From the NCBI GenBank assembly GCA_032718475.1, contig JAUCBJ010008347.1, positions 1 to 64,000 on the forward strand: 64,000 nucleotides of DNA. The letters run 5' to 3'. The stretch is from Nemertoderma westbladi (Eukaryota; Animalia; Xenacoelomorpha). Shown one piece after another: positions 13,201 to 27,049 of this stretch (position 1 is its first letter; each line of letters opens with the position of its first letter). A program made the position numbers and the translations under genes. A model generated the notes under the pieces. The model saw only the letters and a program-made list of their open reading frames with translations. It made no database searches and was not told the origin of the DNA.

Positions 13201-16200
13201 GTACAACCTGTAATAGTTTCGACAGTCCTGCATGTACAGCCTGTAATAGTTTCGACAGTCCTGCATGTTCAGCCTGTAATAGTTTCGACAGTCCTGCATG
13301 TACAACCTGTAATAGTTTCGACAGTCCTGCATGTACAACCTGTATCAGTTAAGACAGTCCTGCATGTACAACCAGTAATAGTTAAGAAAGTCCTGCATGT
13401 ACAACCAGTAATAGTTTCGACAGTCCTGGATGTACAATCTGTAATAGTTTCGATAGTCCTGCATGTACAACCTGTAATAGTTTCGACAGTCCGGCATGTA
13501 CAACCTGTAATAGTTTCGACAGTCTTGCATGTACAGCCTGTAATAGTTTCGACAGTCCTGCATGTACAACTTGTAATAGTTTAGACAGTCCTGCATGTAC
13601 AACCTGTAATAGTTTAGACAGTCCTGCATGTACAACCAGTAATAGTTTCGACAGTCCGGCATGTACAACCTGTAATAGTTTAGACAGTCATGCATGTACA
13701 GCCTGTAATAGTTTCGACAGTCCTGCATGTACAACTTGTAATAGTTTAGACAGTCCTGCATGTACAATCTGTAATAGTTTCGACAGTCCTGCATGTACAA
13801 CCAGTAATAGTTTAGACAGTCCTGCATGTACAACCTGTAGTAGTTTAGACAGTCATGCATGTACAACCAGTAATAGTTTCGACAGTCCGGCATGTACAAC
13901 CTGTAATAGTTTAGACAGTCATGCATGTACAGCCTGTAATAGTTTCGACAGTCCTGCATGTACAACTTGTAATAGTTTAGACAGTCCTGCATGTACAACC
14001 TGTAGTAGTTTAGACAGTCATGCATGTACAACCAGTAATAGTTTCGACAGTCCGGCATGTACAACCTGTAATAGTTTAGACAGTCATGCATGTACAGCCT
14101 GTAATAGTTTCGACAGTCCTGCATGTACAACTTGTAATAGTTTAGACAGTCCTGCATGTACAACCAGTAATAGTTTAGACAGTCATGCATGTACAGCCTG
14201 TAATAGTTTCGACAGTCCTGCATGTACAACTTGTAATAGTTTAGACAGTCCTGCATGTACAATCTGCAATAGTTAAGACAATCCTGGATGTACAACCAGT
14301 AATAGTTTCGACAGTCCGGCATGTACAACCTGTAATAGTTTAGACAGTCATGCATGTACAGCCTGTAATAGTTTCGACAGTCCTGCATGTACAACTTGTA
14401 ATAGTTTAGACAGTCCTGCATGTACAATCTGCAATAGTTAAGACAATCCTGGATGTACAACCTGTAATAGTTTAGACAGTCCTGCATGTACAACCAGTAA
14501 TAGTTTCGACAGTCCGGCATGTACAACCTGTAATAGTTTAGACAGTCATGCATGTACAGCCTGTAATAGTTTCGACAGTCCTGCATGTACAACTTGTAAT
14601 AGTTTAGACAGTCCTGCATGTACAATCTGTAATAGTTTCGACAGTCCTGCATGTACAACCAGTAATAGTTTCGACAGTCCTGCATGTACAACCAGTAATA
14701 GTTTAGACAGTCCTACATGTACAACCAGTAATAGTTTCGACAGTCCTGCATGTACAACTTGTAATAGTTTAGACAGTCCTGCATGTACAACCTGTAATAG
14801 TTTAGACAGTCCTGCATGTACAACCAGTAATAGTTTCGACAGTCCGGCATGTACAACCTGTAATAGTTTAGACAGTCATGCATGTACAGCCTGTAATAGT
14901 TTCGACAGTCCTGCATGTACAACTTGTAATAGTTTAGACAGTCCTGCATGTACAATCTGTAATAGTTTCGACAGTCCTGCATGTACAATCTGTAATAGTT
15001 TCGACAGTCCTGCATGTACAATCTGTAATAGTTTCGACAGTCCTGCATGTACAATCTGTAATAGTTTCGACAGTCCTGCATGTACAATCTGTAATAGTTT
15101 CGACAGTCCTACATGTACAACCAGTAATAGTTTCGACAGTCCGGCATGTACAATCTGTAATAGTTTCGACAGTCCTACATGTACAACCAGTAATAGTTTC
15201 GACAGTCCTGCATGTACAATCTGTAATAGTTTCGACAGTCCTGCATGTACAATCTGTAATAGTTTCGACAGTCCTGCATGTACAATCTGTAATAGTTTCT
15301 ACAGTCCTACATGTACAACCAGTAATAGTTTCGACAGTCCGGCATGTACAACCTGTAATAGTTTAGACAGTCATGCATGTACAGCCTGTAATAGTTTCGA
15401 CAGTCCTGCATGTACAACTTGTAATAGTTTAGACAGTCCTGCATGTACAATCTGTAATAGTTTCGACAGTCCTGCATGTACAACCTGTAATAGTTTCGAC
15501 AGTCCTACATGAACAACCTGTAATAGTTTCGACAGTCCTGCATGTACAATCTGTAATAGTTTCGACAGTCCTGCATGTACAACCTGTAATAGTTTCGACA
15601 GTCCTACATGTACAACCTGTAATAGTTTCGACAGTCCTGCATGTACAATCTGTAATAGTTTCGACAGTCCTGCATGTACAACCTGTAATAGTTTCGACAG
15701 TCCTGCATGTACAACCTGTAATAGTTTCGATAGTCCGGCATGTACAACCTGTAGTAGTTTCGACAGTCCTGCATGTACAACCAGTAATAGTTTCGACAGT
15801 CCTGCATGTAGAACCTGTAATAGTTTAGACAGTCCTGCATGTACAACCAGTAATAGTTTCGACAATCCTGCATGTACGACCAGTAATAGTTTCGACAGTC
15901 CTACATGTACAATCTGTAATAGTTTCGACAGTCCTGCATGTACAACTTGTAATAGTTTAGACAGTCCTGCATGTACAATCTGTAATAGTTTCGACAGTCC
16001 TGCATGTACAACCTGTAATAGTTTCGACAGTCCGGCATGTACAACCTGTAATAGTTTCGACAGTCCTGCATGTACAACTTGTAATAGTTTAGACAGTCCT
16101 GCATGTACAACCTGTAATAGTTTCGACAGTCCTGCATGTACAACCTGTAATAGTTTCGACAGTCCTGCATGTACAACTTGTAATAGTTTAGACAGTCCTG

Positions 16201-19200
16201 CATGTACAACCTGTAATAGTTTCGACAGTCCTGCATGTACAACTTGTAATAGTTTAGACAGTCCTGCATGTACAATCTGTAATAGTTTCGACAGTCCGGC
16301 ATGTACAACCTGTAATAGTTTCGATAGTCCGGCATGTACAACCAGTAATAGTTAAGACAGTCCTGGATGTACAACCTGTAATAGTTTCGATAGTCCGGCA
16401 TGTACAACCTGTAGTAGTTTCGACAGTCCTGCATGTACAATCTGTAATAGTTTCGACAGTCCGGCATGTACAACCTGTAATAGTTTCGATAGTCCGGCAT
16501 GTACAACCAGTAATAGTTTCGACAGTCCTGCATGTACAGCCTGTAATAGTTTCGACAGTCCTGGATGTACAACCAGTAATAGTTTAGACAGTCCTGCATG
16601 TACGTACAACCTGTAATAGTTTCGACAGTCCTGCATGTACAGCTTGTAATAGTTTCGACAGTCCTACATGTACAACCTGTAACAGTTTCGACAGTCCGGC
16701 ATGTACAACCTGTAATAGTTTCGACAGTCCTACATGTACAACCTGTAATAGTTTCGACAGTCCTGCATGTACAATCTGTAATAGTTTCGACAGTCCGGCA
16801 TGTACAACCTGTAATAGTTTCGATAGTCCGGCATGTACAACCAGTAATAGTTTCGACAGTCCTGCATGTACAGCCTGTAATAGTTTCGACAGTCCTGGAT
16901 GTACAACCAGTAATAGTTTAGACAGTCCTGCATGTACGTACAACCTGTAATAGTTTCGACAGTCCTGCATGTACAGCTTGTAATAGTTTCGACAGTCCTA
17001 CATGTACAACCTGTAATAGTTTCGACAGTCCTGCATGTACAATCTGTAATAGTTTCGACAGTCCGGCATGTACAACCTGTAATAGTTTCGATAGTCCGGC
17101 ATGTACAACCAGTAATAGTTTCGACAGTCCTGCATGTACAGCCTGCAATAGTTTCGACAGTCCGGCATGTACAACCTGTAATAGTTTAGACAGTCCTGCA
17201 TGTACGTACAACCTGTAATAGTTTCGACAGTCCTGCATGTACAGCTTGTAATAGTTTCGACAGTCCTACATGTACAACCTGTAATAGTTTCGACAGTCCG
17301 GCATGTACAACCTGTAATAGTTTCGACAGTCCTGCATGTACAACCTGTAATAGTTTCGACAGTCCGGCATGTACAACCAGTAATAGTTAAGACAGTCCTG
17401 CATGTACAACCAGTAATAGTTAAGACAGTCCTGGATGTACAACCAGTAATAGTTAAGACAGTCCTGCATGTACAACCAGTAATAGTTTCGACAGTCCTGC
17501 ATGTACAACCTGTAATAGTTTCGACAGTCCGGCATGTACAACCTGTAATAGTTTCGACAGTCCTGCATGTACAACCTGTAATAGTTTCGACAGTCCGGCA
17601 TGTACAACCAGTAATAGTTAAGACAGTCCTGGATGTACAACCAGTAATAGTTAAGACAGTCCTGCATGTACAACCTGTAATAGTTTCGACAGTCCTACAT
17701 GTACAATCTGTAATAGTTTCGACAGTCCTACATGTACAACCTGTAATAGTTTCGAAAGTCCTGCATGTACAACCTGTAATAGTTTAGACAGTCCTGCATG
17801 TACGTACAACCTGTAATAGTTTCGACAGTCCTGCATGTACAGCCTGTAATAGTTTCGACAGTCCTGGATGTACAACCAGTAATAGTTTAGACAGTCCTGC
17901 ATGTACGTACAACCTGTAATAGTTTCGACAGTCCCGCATGTACAGCTTGTAATAGTTTCGACAGTCCTACATGTACAACCTGTAATAGTTTCGACAGTCC
18001 GGCATGTACAACCAGTAATAGTTAAGACAGTCCTGCATGTACAACCAGTAATAGTTAAGACAGTCCTGGATGTACAACCAGTAATAGTTAAGACAGTCCT
18101 GCATGTACAACCAGTAATAGTTTCGACAGTCCTGCATGTACAACCTGTAATAGTTTAGACAGTCCTGGATGTACAACCAGTAATAGTTTCGACAGTCCTG
18201 CATGTACAACCTGTAGTAGTTTCGACAGTCCGGCATGTACAACCAGTAATAGTTAAGACAGTCCTGCATGTACAACCAGTAATAGTTTCGACAGTCCTGC
18301 ATGTACAACCTGTAGTAGTTTCGACAGTCCGGCATGTACAACCAGTAATAGTTTCGACAGTCCTGCATGTACAACCAGTAATAGTTTCGACAGTCCTGCA
18401 TGTACAACCAGTAATAGTTTCGACAGTCCTGCATGTACAACCTGTAATAGTTTCGACAGTCCGGCATGTACAACCAGTAATAGTTAAGACAGTCCTGCAT
18501 GTACAACCAGTAATAGTTTCGACAGTCCTGGATGTAAAACCTGTAATAGTTTCGACAGTCCTGCATGTACAACCTGTAATAGTTTAGACAGTCCTGCATG
18601 TACAACCAGTAATAGTTTCGACAGTCCTGCATGTACAACCAGTAATAGTTTCGACAGTCCTACATGTACAATCTGTAATAGTTTCGACAGTCCTGCATGT
18701 ACAACTTGTAATAGTTTAGACAGTCCTGCATGTACAATCTGTAATAGTTTCGACAGTCCTGCATGTACAACTTGTAATAGTTTAGACAGTCCTGCATGTA
18801 CAACCTGTAATAGTTTCGACAGTCCTGCATGTACAAATTGTAATAGTTTAGACAGTCCTGCATGTACAACCTGTAATAGTTTCGACAGTCCTGCATGTAC
18901 AACTTGTAATAGTTTAGACAGTCCTGCATGTACAATCTGTAATAGTTTCGACAGTCCGGCATGTACAACCTGTAATAGTTTAGACAGTACAGTCCTGGAT
19001 GTACAACCAGTAATAGTTAAGACAGTCCGGCATGTACAACCTGTAATAGTTAAGACAGTCCTGAATGTACAACCAGTAATAGTTAAGACAGTCCTGCATG
19101 TACAACCTGTAGTAGTTTCGACAGTCCTGCATGTACAACCTGTAATAGTTTCGACAGTCCGGCATGTACAACCAGTAATAGTTAAGACAGTCCTGCATGT

Positions 19201-22200
19201 ACAACCAGTAATAGTTAAGACAGTCCTGGATGTACAACCAGTAATAGTTTCGACAGTCCTGCATGTACAACCTGTAATAGTTTCGACAGTCCTGCATGTA
19301 CAACCAGTAATAGTTTCGACAGTCCGGCATGTACAACCAGTAATAGTTAAGACAGTCCTGCATGTACAACCAGTAATAGTTAAGACAGTCCTGGATGTAC
19401 AATCTTTAATAGTTTCGACAGTCCTGCATGTACAACCTGTAATAGTTTCGACAGTCCTGCATGTACAACTTGTAATAGTTTAGACAGTCCTGCATGAACA
19501 ATCTGTAATAGTTTCGACAGTCCGGCATGTACAACCTGTAATAGTTTCGATAGTCCGGCATGTACAACCTGTAGTAGTTTCGACAGTCCTGCATGTACAA
19601 TCTGTAATAGTTTCGACAGTCCGGCATGTACAACCTGTAATAGTTTCGATAGTCCGGCATGTACAACCAGTAATAGTTTCGACAGTCCTGCATGTACAGC
19701 CTGTAATAGTTTCGACAGTCCTGGATGTACAACCAGTAATAGTTTAGACAGTCCTGCATGTACGTACAACCTGTAATAGTTTCGACAGTCCCGCATGTAC
19801 AGCTTGTAATAGTTTCGACAGTCCTACATGTACAACCTGTAATAGTTTCGACAGTCCGGCATGTACAACCAGTAATAGTTAAGACAGTCCTGCATGTACA
19901 ACCAGTAATAGTTAAGACAGTCCTGGATGTACAACCAGTAATAGTTAAGACAGTCCTGCATGTACAACCAGTAATAGTTTCGACAGTCCTGCATGTACAA
20001 CCTGTAATAGTTTAGACAGTCCTGGATGTACAAGCAGTAATAGTTTCGACAGTCCTGCATGTACAACCTGTAGTAGTTTCGACAGTCCGGCATGTACAAC
20101 CAGTAATAGTTAAGACAGTCCTGCATGTACAACCAGTAATAGTTTCGACAGTCCTGCATGTACAACCTGTAGTAGTTTCGACAGTCCGGCATGTACAACC
20201 AGTAATAGTTTCGACAGTCCTGCATGTACAACCAGTAATAGTTTCGACAGTCCTGCATGTACAACCAGTAATAGTTTCGACAGTCCTGCATGTACAACCT
20301 GTAATAGTTTCGACAGTCCGGCATGTACAACCAGTAATAGTTAAGACAGTCCTGCATGTACAACCAGTAATAGTTTCGACAGTCCTGGATGTAAAACCTG
20401 TAATAGTTTCGACAGTCCTGCATGTACAACCTGTAATAGTTTAGACAGTCCTGCATGTACAACCAGTAATAGTTTCGACAGTCCTGCATGTACAACCAGT
20501 AATAGTTTCGACAGTCCTACATGTACAATCTGTAATAGTTTCGACAGTCCTGCATGTACAACTTGTAATAGTTTAGACAGTCCTGCATGTACAATCTGTA
20601 ATAGTTTCGACAGTCCTGCATGTACAACTTGTAATAGTTTAGACAGTCCTGCATGTACAACCTGTAATAGTTTCGACAGTCCTGCATGTACAAATTGTAA
20701 TAGTTTAGACAGTCCTGCATGTACAACCTGTAATAGTTTCGACAGTCCTGCATGTACAACTTGTAATAGTTTAGACAGTCCTGCATGTACAATCTGTAAT
20801 AGTTTCGACAGTCCGGCATGTACAACCTGTAATAGTTTAGACAGTACAGTCCTGGATGTACAACCAGTAATAGTTAAGACAGTCCGGCATGTACAACCTG
20901 TAATAGTTAAGACAGTCCTGGATGTACAACCAGTAATAGTTAAGACAGTCCTGCATGTACAACCTGTAGTAGTTTCGACAGTCCTGCATGTACAACCTGT
21001 AATAGTTTCGACAGTCCGGCATGTACAACCAGTAATAGTTAAGACAGTCCTGCATGTACAACCAGTAATAGTTAAGACAGTCCTGGATGTACAACCAGTA
21101 ATAGTTTCGACAGTCCTGCATGTACAACCTGTAATAGTTTCGACAGTCCTGCATGTACAACCAGTAATAGTTTCGACAGTCCGGCATGTACAACCAGTAA
21201 TAGTTAAGACAGTCCTGCATGTACAACCAGTAATAGTTAAGACAGTCCTGGATGTACAATCTTTAATAGTTTCGACAGTCCTGCATGTACAACCTGTAAT
21301 AGTTTCGACAGTCCTGCATGTACAACTTGTAATAGTTTAGACAGTCCTGCATGAACAATCTGTAATAGTTTCGACAGTCCGGCATGTACAACCTGTAATA
21401 GTTTCGATAGTCCGGCATGTACAACCTGTAGTAGTTTCGACAGTCCTGCATGTACAATCTGTAATAGTTTCGACAGTCCGGCATGTACAACCTGTAATAG
21501 TTTCGATAGTCCGGCATGTACAACCAGTAATAGTTTCGACAGTCCTGCATGTACAGCCTGTAATAGTTTCGACAGTCCTGGATGTACAACCAGTAATAGT
21601 TTAGACAGTCCTGCATGTACGTACAACCTGTAATAGTTTCGACAGTCCCGCATGTACAGCTTGTAATAGTTTCGACAGTCCTACATGTACAACCTGTAAT
21701 AGTTTCGACAGTCCGGCATGTACAACCTGTAATAGTTTCGACAGTCCTACATGTACAACCTGTAATAGTTTCGACAGTCCTGCATGTACAATCTGTAATA
21801 GTTTCGACAGTCCGGCATGTACAACCTGTAATAGTTTCGATAGTCCGGCATGTACAACCAGTAATAGTTTCGACAGTCCTGCATGTACAGCCTGTAATAG
21901 TTTCGACAGTCCTGGATGTACAACCAGTAATAGTTTCGACAGACCTGCATGTACAACCAGTAATAGTTAAGACAGTCCTGCATGTACAACCTGTAGTAGT
22001 TTCGACAGTCCTGCATGTACAACCTGTAATAGTTTCGACAGTCCGGCATGTACAACCAGTAATAGTTAAGACAGTCCTGCATGTACAACCAGTAATAGTT
22101 AAGACAGTCCTGGATGTACAACCAGTAATAGTTAAGACAGTCCTGCATGTACAATCTGTAGTAGTTTCGACAGTCCTGCATGTACAACCAGTAATAGTTT

Positions 22201-25200
22201 CGACAGTCCTGCATGTACAACCAGTAATAGTTTCGACAGTCCGGCATGTACAACCAGTAATAGTTAAGACAGTCCTGCATGTACAACCAGTAATAGTTTC
22301 GACAGTCCTGGATGTACAACCAGTAATAGTTAAGACAGTCCTGCATGTACAAACTGTAGTAGTTTCGACAGTCCTGCATGTACAACCTGTAATAGTTTCG
22401 ACAGTCCGGCATGTACAACCAGTAATAGTTAAGACAGTCCTGGATGTACAACCAGTAATAGTTTCGAGAGTCCTGCATGTACAACCTGTACTAGTTTCGA
22501 CAGTCCTGCATGTACAACCTGTAATAGTTTCGACAGTCCGGCATGTACAACCAGTAATAGTTAAGACAGTCCTGCATGTACAACCAGTAATAGTTTCGAC
22601 AGTCCTGCATGTACAACCTGTACTAGTTTCGACAGTCCTGCATGTACAACCAGTAATAGTTTCGACAGTCCTGCATGTACAACCAGTAATAGTTTCGACA
22701 GTCCTGGATGTACAACCAGTAATAGTTTCGACAGTCCTGCATGTACAACCAGTAATAGTTTCGACAGTCCTGCATGTACAACCTGTAGTAGTTTCGACAG
22801 TCCTGCATGTACAACCAGTAATAGTTTCGACAGTCCTGCATGTACAACCAGTAATAGTTTCGACAGTCCTGGATGTACAACCAGTAATAGTTTCGACAGT
22901 CCTGCATGTACAACCAGTAATAGTTTCGACAGTCCTGCATGTACAACCTGTAATAGTTTCGACAGTCCTGGATGTAAAACCTGTAATAGTTTCGAGAGTC
23001 CTGCATGTACAACCTGTAATAGTTTCGACAGTCCGGCATGTACAACCAGTAATAGTTAAGACAGTCCTGCATGTACAACCAGTAATAGTTTCGAGAGTCC
23101 TGCATGTACAACCAGTAATAGTTTCGACAGTCCTGCATGTACAACCAGTAATAGTTTCGACAGTCCTGCATGTACAACCAGTAATAGTTTAGACAGTCCT
23201 GCATGTACGTACAATAGTTAAGACAGTCCTGCATGTACAGCCTGTAATAGTTTCGACAGTCCGGCATGTACAACCTGTAATAGTTTAGACAGTCCTGCAT
23301 GTACGTACAACCTGTAATAGTTAAGACAGTCCTGCATGTACAGCCTGTAATAGTTTCGACAGTCTGGCATGTACAACCTGTAATAGTTTAGACAGACCTG
23401 CATGTACAACCTGTAATAGTTAAGACAGTCCTGCATGTACAGCCTGTAATAGTTTCGACAGTCCTGCATGTACAACCAGTAATAGTTTCGACAGTCCTGC
23501 ATGTACAACCAGTAATAGTTTAGACAGTCCGGCATGTACAACCTGTAATAGTTTCGTCAGTCCTACATGTACAACCTGTAATAGTTTCGACAGTCCTGCA
23601 TGTACAACCAGTAATAGTTTAGACAGTCCGGCATGTACAACCTGTAATAGTTTCGTCAGTCCTACATGTACAACCTGTAATAGTTTCGACAGTCCTGCAT
23701 GTACAACCAGTAATAGTTTAGACAGTCCGGCATGTACAACCAGTAATAGTTTCGACAGTCCTGCATGTACAACCAGTAATAGTTTAGACAGTCCGGCATG
23801 TACAACCTGTAATAGTTTCGTCAGTCCTACATGTACAACCAGTAATAGTTTCGACAGTCCTGCATGTACAACCAGTAATAGTTTAGACAGTCCGGCATGT
23901 ACAACCTGTAATAGTTTCGTCAGTCCTACATGTACAACCTGTAATAGTTTCGACAGTCCTGCATGTACAACCAGTAATAGTTTAGACAGTCCGGCATGTA
24001 CAACCAGTAATAGTTTCGACAGTCCTGCATGTACAACCAGTAATAGTTTCGACAGTCCTGCATGTACAACCAGTAATAGTTTAGACAGTCCGGCATGTAC
24101 AACCTGTAATAGTTTCGACAGTCCTGGATGTACAACCAGTAATAGTTTAGACAGTCCGGCATGTACAACCTGTAGTAGTTTCGACAGTCCTGCATGTACA
24201 ACCTGTAATAGTTTCGACAGTCCGGCATGTACAACCAGTAATAGTTAAGACAGTCCTGCATGTACAACCAGTAATAGTTAAGACAGTCCTGGATGTACAA
24301 CCAGTAATAGTTAAGACAGTCCTGCATGTACAACCTGTAGTAGTTTCGACAGTCCTGCATGTACAACCAGTAATAGTTTCGACAGTCCTGCATGTACAAC
24401 CAGTAATAGTTTCGACAGTCCGGCATGTACAACCAGTAATAGTTAAGACAGTCCTGCATGTACAACCAGTAATAGTTTCGACAGTCCTGGATGTACAACC
24501 AGTAATAGTTAAGACAGTCCTGCATGTACAAACTGTAGTAGTTTCGACAGTCCTGCATGTACAACCTGTAATAGTTTCGACAGTCCGGCATGTACAACCA
24601 GTAATAGTTAAGACAGTCCTGGATGTACAACCAGTAATAGTTTCGAGAGTCCTGCATGTACAACCAGTAATAGTTTCGACAGTCCTGCATGTACAACCTG
24701 TACTAGTTTCGACAGTCCTGCATGTACAACCAGTAATAGTTTCGACAGTCCTGCATGTACAACCAGTAATAGTTTCGACAGTCCTGGATGTACAACCAGT
24801 AATAGTTTCGACAGTCCTGCATGTACAACCAGTAATAGTTTCGACAGTCCTGCATGTACAACCTGTAGTAGTTTCGACAGTCCTGCATGTACAACCAGTA
24901 ATAGTTTCGACAGTCCTGCATGTACAACCAGTAATAGTTTCGACAGTCCTGGATGTACAACCAGTAATAGTTTCGACAGTCCTGCATGTACAACCAGTAA
25001 TAGTTTCGACAGTCCTGCATGTACAACCTGTAATAGTTTCGACAGTCCTGGATGTAAAACCTGTAATAGTATCGAGAGTCCTGCATGTACAACCTGTAAT
25101 AGTTTCGACAGTCCGGCATGTACAACCAGTAATAGTTAAGACAGTCCTGGATGTACAACCAGTAATAGTTTCGAGAGTCCTGCATGTACAACCAGTAATA

Positions 25201-25808
25201 GTTTCGACAGTCCTGCATGTACAACCAGCAATAGTTTCGACAGTCCTGCATGTACAACCAGTAATAGTTTAGACAGTCCTGCATGTACGTACAATAGTTA
25301 AGACAGTCCTGCATGTACAACCAGTAATAGTTTCGACAGTCCGGCATGTACAACCTGTAATAGTTTAGACAGTCCTGCATGTACGTACAACCTGTAATAG
25401 TTAAGACAGTCCTGCATGTACAGCCTGTAATAGTTTCGACAGTCTGGCATGTACAACCTGTAATAGTTTAGACAGACCTGCATGTACAACCTGTAATAGT
25501 TAAGACAGTCCTGCATGTACAGCCTGTAATAGTTTCGACAGTCCTGCATGTACAACCAGTAATAGTTTCGACAGTCCTGCATGTACAACCAGTAATAGTT
25601 TAGACAGTCCGGCATGTACAACCTGTAATAGTTTCGTCAGTCCTACATGTACAACCTGTAATAGTTTCGACAGTCCTGCATGTACAACCAGTAATAGTTT
25701 AGACAGTCCGGCATGTACAACCTGTAATAGTTTCGTCAGTCCTACATGTACAACCTGTAATAGTTTCGACAGTCCTGCATGTACAACCAGTAATAGTTTA
25801 GACAGTCC
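1228..25808. repeat. 33-bp satellite array, block 1 (~745 units)
   Basis: Head-to-tail TGTACAACC(T/A)GTAATAGTT(TC/AA/TA)GACAGTCC(T/G)GCA units, with occasional small indels such as the +4 TGTACGTACA and the +5 ACAGT duplication. Confidence 0.99.
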
Positions 25809-27049
25809 AGGACCATGGAGCCCATTTTGGCACTTAGAAGGATAATTGAAGAATTATCAAAAAAGAAAGACAGGCATCTGGCTGTTATCTTTGTTGACTT
25901 CTTCAAGGCCTTTGATTCAGTCTCTCGCTCACGTATGTTCAGCATACTTTCATTATATGGGATTCCTGATGAAATTATTGCAGCAATCAGATCAGTATAC
26001 GATGGTTCGACAACATTTGTGTCTACTGTTGACGGTGACACAGAACCATTTGAAGTGTTATGGGGCGTCCTCCAAGGAGACACACTTGCACCATTCTTGT
26101 TCATTATTGTGGTTGACTATGTTCTACGCATGTCCTTAGATCATCATAATGATGATGGGGTGATGATAACTCCACCTACTGGCTCCAGAAGTCGAGGAAA
26201 TCCTGCCAAGTACCTAACTGATCTAGACTTTGCTGATGACTTAGGAGTACTCTCAGAATCATTAGAGGGAGCCCAACGGCTCCTCAGCTCATTAGAACAT
26301 GCTGCTTCTAGTGTTGGTCTTTTTATTAACTCCAGAAAGACCAAAATTCTGACAGTTAACTTTGAAAGTCCTCAGCAAGTCTCTGATCGGATGAGCATAA
26401 GCTCAAAGGATGGTATGCTTGAGCATGTGGACGACTTCTGTTACCTGGGATCATGGATCCGGAAGTCAGGTGAGGACCTTCGAATACGTAAGGGAAAGGC
26501 ATGGGCAGCCTTGAATAGGCTTTCCAGGATTTGGAAGTCACCGAGAATTAATCGGAAACTTAAGGTCCGATTATTTAGAGCAGCAGTAGTTCCAGTACTC
26601 CTCTATGGGAGTCCATGCTGGGCTCTAACTGCTGAGGACACCAAATCTCTGGATGGCACATTCACAAGAATGCTACGCCGGGTTCATTGTGTCAAGTACA
26701 ATGCACACATCTCCAACCAGACACTATATAACATTGGAGGTGTCTCATTGGTTCCCCCAAGCTTGACACTAGAACAAAATCGCCTCCGCTTTGCAGGACA
26801 TTGCTTTCGCCGTGAGGACCAGCCAGTGCATAATCTTGTACTTTGGCAGCCTCATGGAGTGAATAAGCATGGTGGACAGCCCATGACTTTCTTGAGACGC
26901 ATCTTAAAGGACACTGGCCTTAAAGATGCGGATGATCTAGCAAATGTCATGGGTGATAGGGAGTTGTGGTGGTGCAATTTTGTTGACAAGCCGGCACAGC
27001 ATTCTTAAAAATGCAGCTGCAATGCAGCATGCCGATCCTAGTAGTAGTA
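25809..27049 (+). mobile_element. 5'-truncated non-LTR retrotransposon (RTE-like LINE) inserted in the satellite
   Basis: RT-coding sequence starts abruptly after satellite GACAGTCC. A ~40-bp 3' UTR ends in a TAGTAGTAGTA microsatellite tail, then the satellite resumes. Confidence 0.92.
25815..27008 (+). CDS. LINE reverse transcriptase, C-terminal part (no endonuclease domain; uninterrupted 397 aa)
   Basis: Motifs FVDFFKAFDSV, GVLQGDTLAPFLF, DLDFADDL, GLFINSRKTK, FCYLGSWI, VLLYGS.W and RLRFAGHC.R, typical of RTE-clade RT and thumb. Confidence 0.93.
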   Translation: MEPILALRRIIEELSKKKDRHLAVIFVDFFKAFDSVSRSRMFSILSLYGIPDEIIAAIRSVYDGSTTFVSTVDGDTEPFEVLWGVLQGDTLAPFLFIIVVDYVLRMSLDHHNDDGVMITPPTGSRSRGNPAKYLTDLDFADDLGVLSESLEGAQRLLSSLEHAASSVGLFINSRKTKILTVNFESPQQVSDRMSISSKDGMLEHVDDFCYLGSWIRKSGEDLRIRKGKAWAALNRLSRIWKSPRINRKLKVRLFRAAVVPVLLYGSPCWALTAEDTKSLDGTFTRMLRRVHCVKYNAHISNQTLYNIGGVSLVPPSLTLEQNRLRFAGHCFRREDQPVHNLVLWQPHGVNKHGGQPMTFLRRILKDTGLKDADDLANVMGDRELWWCNFVDKPAQHS

